Assembly: GCA_046540995.1 (NCBI GenBank)
Contig: JBKHED010000005.1
Span: 32,052 to 96,051, forward strand
Direction: 5' to 3'
Source: Spirochaetaceae bacterium
GTDB lineage: Bacteria; Spirochaetota; Spirochaetia; DSM-27196; Alkalispirochaetaceae
Length of the DNA stretch: 64,000 nt
The notes beneath the pieces were generated by a model, which saw only the letters and a list, made by a program, of their open reading frames with translations, did not search any database and was not told the origin of the DNA. A program made the translations under genes and the position numbers. Positions 62,591 to 64,000 of this stretch are shown piece by piece (the first letter of the stretch is position 1; every line of letters starts with the position of its first letter).

Positions 62591-63949
62591 ATGAGGTACG
62601 ATTTTCAGATTCCCAGGCTCGGGGAACCGAAGGCCCCTTCTCCTATTCAGTACTCCCGGGTGCAGGGCGATGCGCTGGCAAACTACGTTAAGGATGAGGA
62701 GAGGATCGTCTTTGATATCGAGGCGAGTAACCGGGAGGGCGACTGTTATGAAGAGGGCAATCTACTGGAGAAGGCTGGGCCCAGGGAGAAGATCTACTTC
62801 ACCCCGCAGCACGTCCACGCGGGGATTGTGACCTGCGGTGGGCTCTGTCCGGGACTAAACGACGTGATTCGGGCGATCACCCGCTGTCTCTGGTACCGGT
62901 ACGGGGTGCAGCGCATCTCCGGTATTCGCTTCGGCTATCAGGGTCTCCTGCCGGACAACAACTTGGCCACCGTACCCCTCGACCCGGATAAGGTGGACGA
63001 TATTCATCGGATCGGCGGCTCGGTCCTCGGCTCCTCCCGGGGCGGTGGTGACCGCACGGAGGATATCGTCGATACCCTGGAGCGGCTCAACCTCACCATG
63101 CTCTTTACCATCGGGGGAGACGGTACCCAGAAGGGAGCGCTCAAGATCGCCGAGGAGATAGAACGAAGGGGGCTGAAGATCGCAGTCGTCGGCATACCCA
63201 AGACCATCGACAACGACCTCAGCTTTATTCAGAAGTCCTTCGGCTTCGAGACCGCCGTGGCCCAGGCCACCGGTGCGGTCTACAGCGCCCATACCGAGGC
63301 GCACTCGGCGATTAACGGCGTGGGGCTGGTAAAGGTCATGGGTCGGGCGTCGGGGTTTATCGCGGCGCACACAGCTCTGGCCAGTCACGAGGTGAACTTC
63401 GTCCTCATTCCAGAGGTTCCCTTCGAGCTCCATGGGGAAAATGGGCTTCTCCGCCATCTCAAGAAGCGGCTCGAGCGACGCAACCACGCCGTAATAGTCG
63501 TGGCCGAAGGGGCGGGGCAGGTTCTCCTCGAAGCGTCGAACGAGAAAGCCACCGATGCCTCCGGAAACGTGAAGCTCGGCGATATCGGTGTCTACCTAAA
63601 GAAGGAGATCGAGCGGCAGTTCAAGCAGCAGGGGTGGCCGATCAATCTCAAGTACATCGATCCGAGCTACATCGTCCGGAGTGCACCGGCTGCGCCGACG
63701 GACTCCGTGTACTGCTCCCGTCTCGGAAACAACGCGGTCCACGCCGCCATGGCTGGAAAGACCAAGATCCTCATAAGCCTGGTCAATAACACCTTCGTGC
63801 ACATTCCGATCAAGGTCGCCGTTTCCGAGCGTAACTTCGTGGAGCCCGAAGGACCTCTTTGGCGAGATGTGATAGAGGCAACCCATCAGCCCCTTCGGAT
63901 GGTGAACAACGAGGAGGGCGCCGACGGTCAACGCCGTGGCTCCCCCTGA
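62591..63949 (+). CDS. pfk: 6-phosphofructokinase of the long PPi-PFK-like lineage (phosphoryl donor uncertain)
   Basis: [40 protein letters not shown]. About 450 aa from the ATG at 62591. Confidence 0.9.
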   Translation: MRYDFQIPRLGEPKAPSPIQYSRVQGDALANYVKDEERIVFDIEASNREGDCYEEGNLLEKAGPREKIYFTPQHVHAGIVTCGGLCPGLNDVIRAITRCLWYRYGVQRISGIRFGYQGLLPDNNLATVPLDPDKVDDIHRIGGSVLGSSRGGGDRTEDIVDTLERLNLTMLFTIGGDGTQKGALKIAEEIERRGLKIAVVGIPKTIDNDLSFIQKSFGFETAVAQATGAVYSAHTEAHSAINGVGLVKVMGRASGFIAAHTALASHEVNFVLIPEVPFELHGENGLLRHLKKRLERRNHAVIVVAEGAGQVLLEASNEKATDASGNVKLGDIGVYLKKEIERQFKQQGWPINLKYIDPSYIVRSAPAAPTDSVYCSRLGNNAVHAAMAGKTKILISLVNNTFVHIPIKVAVSERNFVEPEGPLWRDVIEATHQPLRMVNNEEGADGQRRGSP

Positions 63950-64000
63950 GGACCCTCCCGGGAGCGTTATCCGTTTTTCTTCGCGAAATCTCTCATGTAA

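Overview
This is a chromosomal window of about 60% GC with roughly 56 protein genes and one tRNA-Cys. I found no rRNA, CRISPR array, transposase or integrase. The gene content suggests a free-living Spirochaetia-type bacterium: fliS plus a flgN-like gene, cheD plus a soluble MCP-like protein, Ig-like repeat surface proteins and a PPi-family-type PFK. The E/R/L-rich proteins hint at a thermophile, but I cannot verify the taxon.

In order along the window:
- A hydCBA electron-bifurcating-type [FeFe]-hydrogenase operon with an embedded GHKL ATPase and a Cys-free ferredoxin-fold protein.
- An orphan family-5 SBP lipoprotein, then an AroD-AroE fusion.
- An XPB/ERCC3-type helicase with a 680-aa partner, then a PIN-PhoH2 gene.
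- A beta-propeller/NodB protein followed by fliS and a flgN-like gene.
- polA, coaE, a SPOR-domain protein and cysE.
- A RavA/ViaA-like AAA+/vWA pair, a Nudix hydrolase, and tRNA-Cys with 95-bp tandem repeats.
- pepF and ndk.
- A roughly 8.8-kb, tightly coupled, highly divergent T2SS/T4P-like operon.
- pncB, djlA, galK, glgP and hom.
- A ParB-like / SPL-like radical-SAM / FecR-like operon.
- cheD plus the MCP-like gene, an orphan sugar ABC ATPase, an SBP and an aminotransferase.
- ogt, hflX, galE and pfk.

Most notable observations:
1. An in-frame prepilin-peptidase::secretin fusion heads the secretion operon.
2. CheD and the adjacent MCP-like protein share a C-terminal GE[VL]TLF tail.
3. Tandem 95-bp repeats each carry a copy of the tRNA-Cys 3' end.
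4. The XPB partner protein contains an XPB-N-terminal-like domain.
5. The RavA/ViaA pair has altered catalytic motifs.
6. A recurrent architecture of -35, 17 nt, -10, then 5-9 nt to the ATG implies many leaderless mRNAs.

All calls rest on reading the sequence and recalled family motifs. No searches were run.
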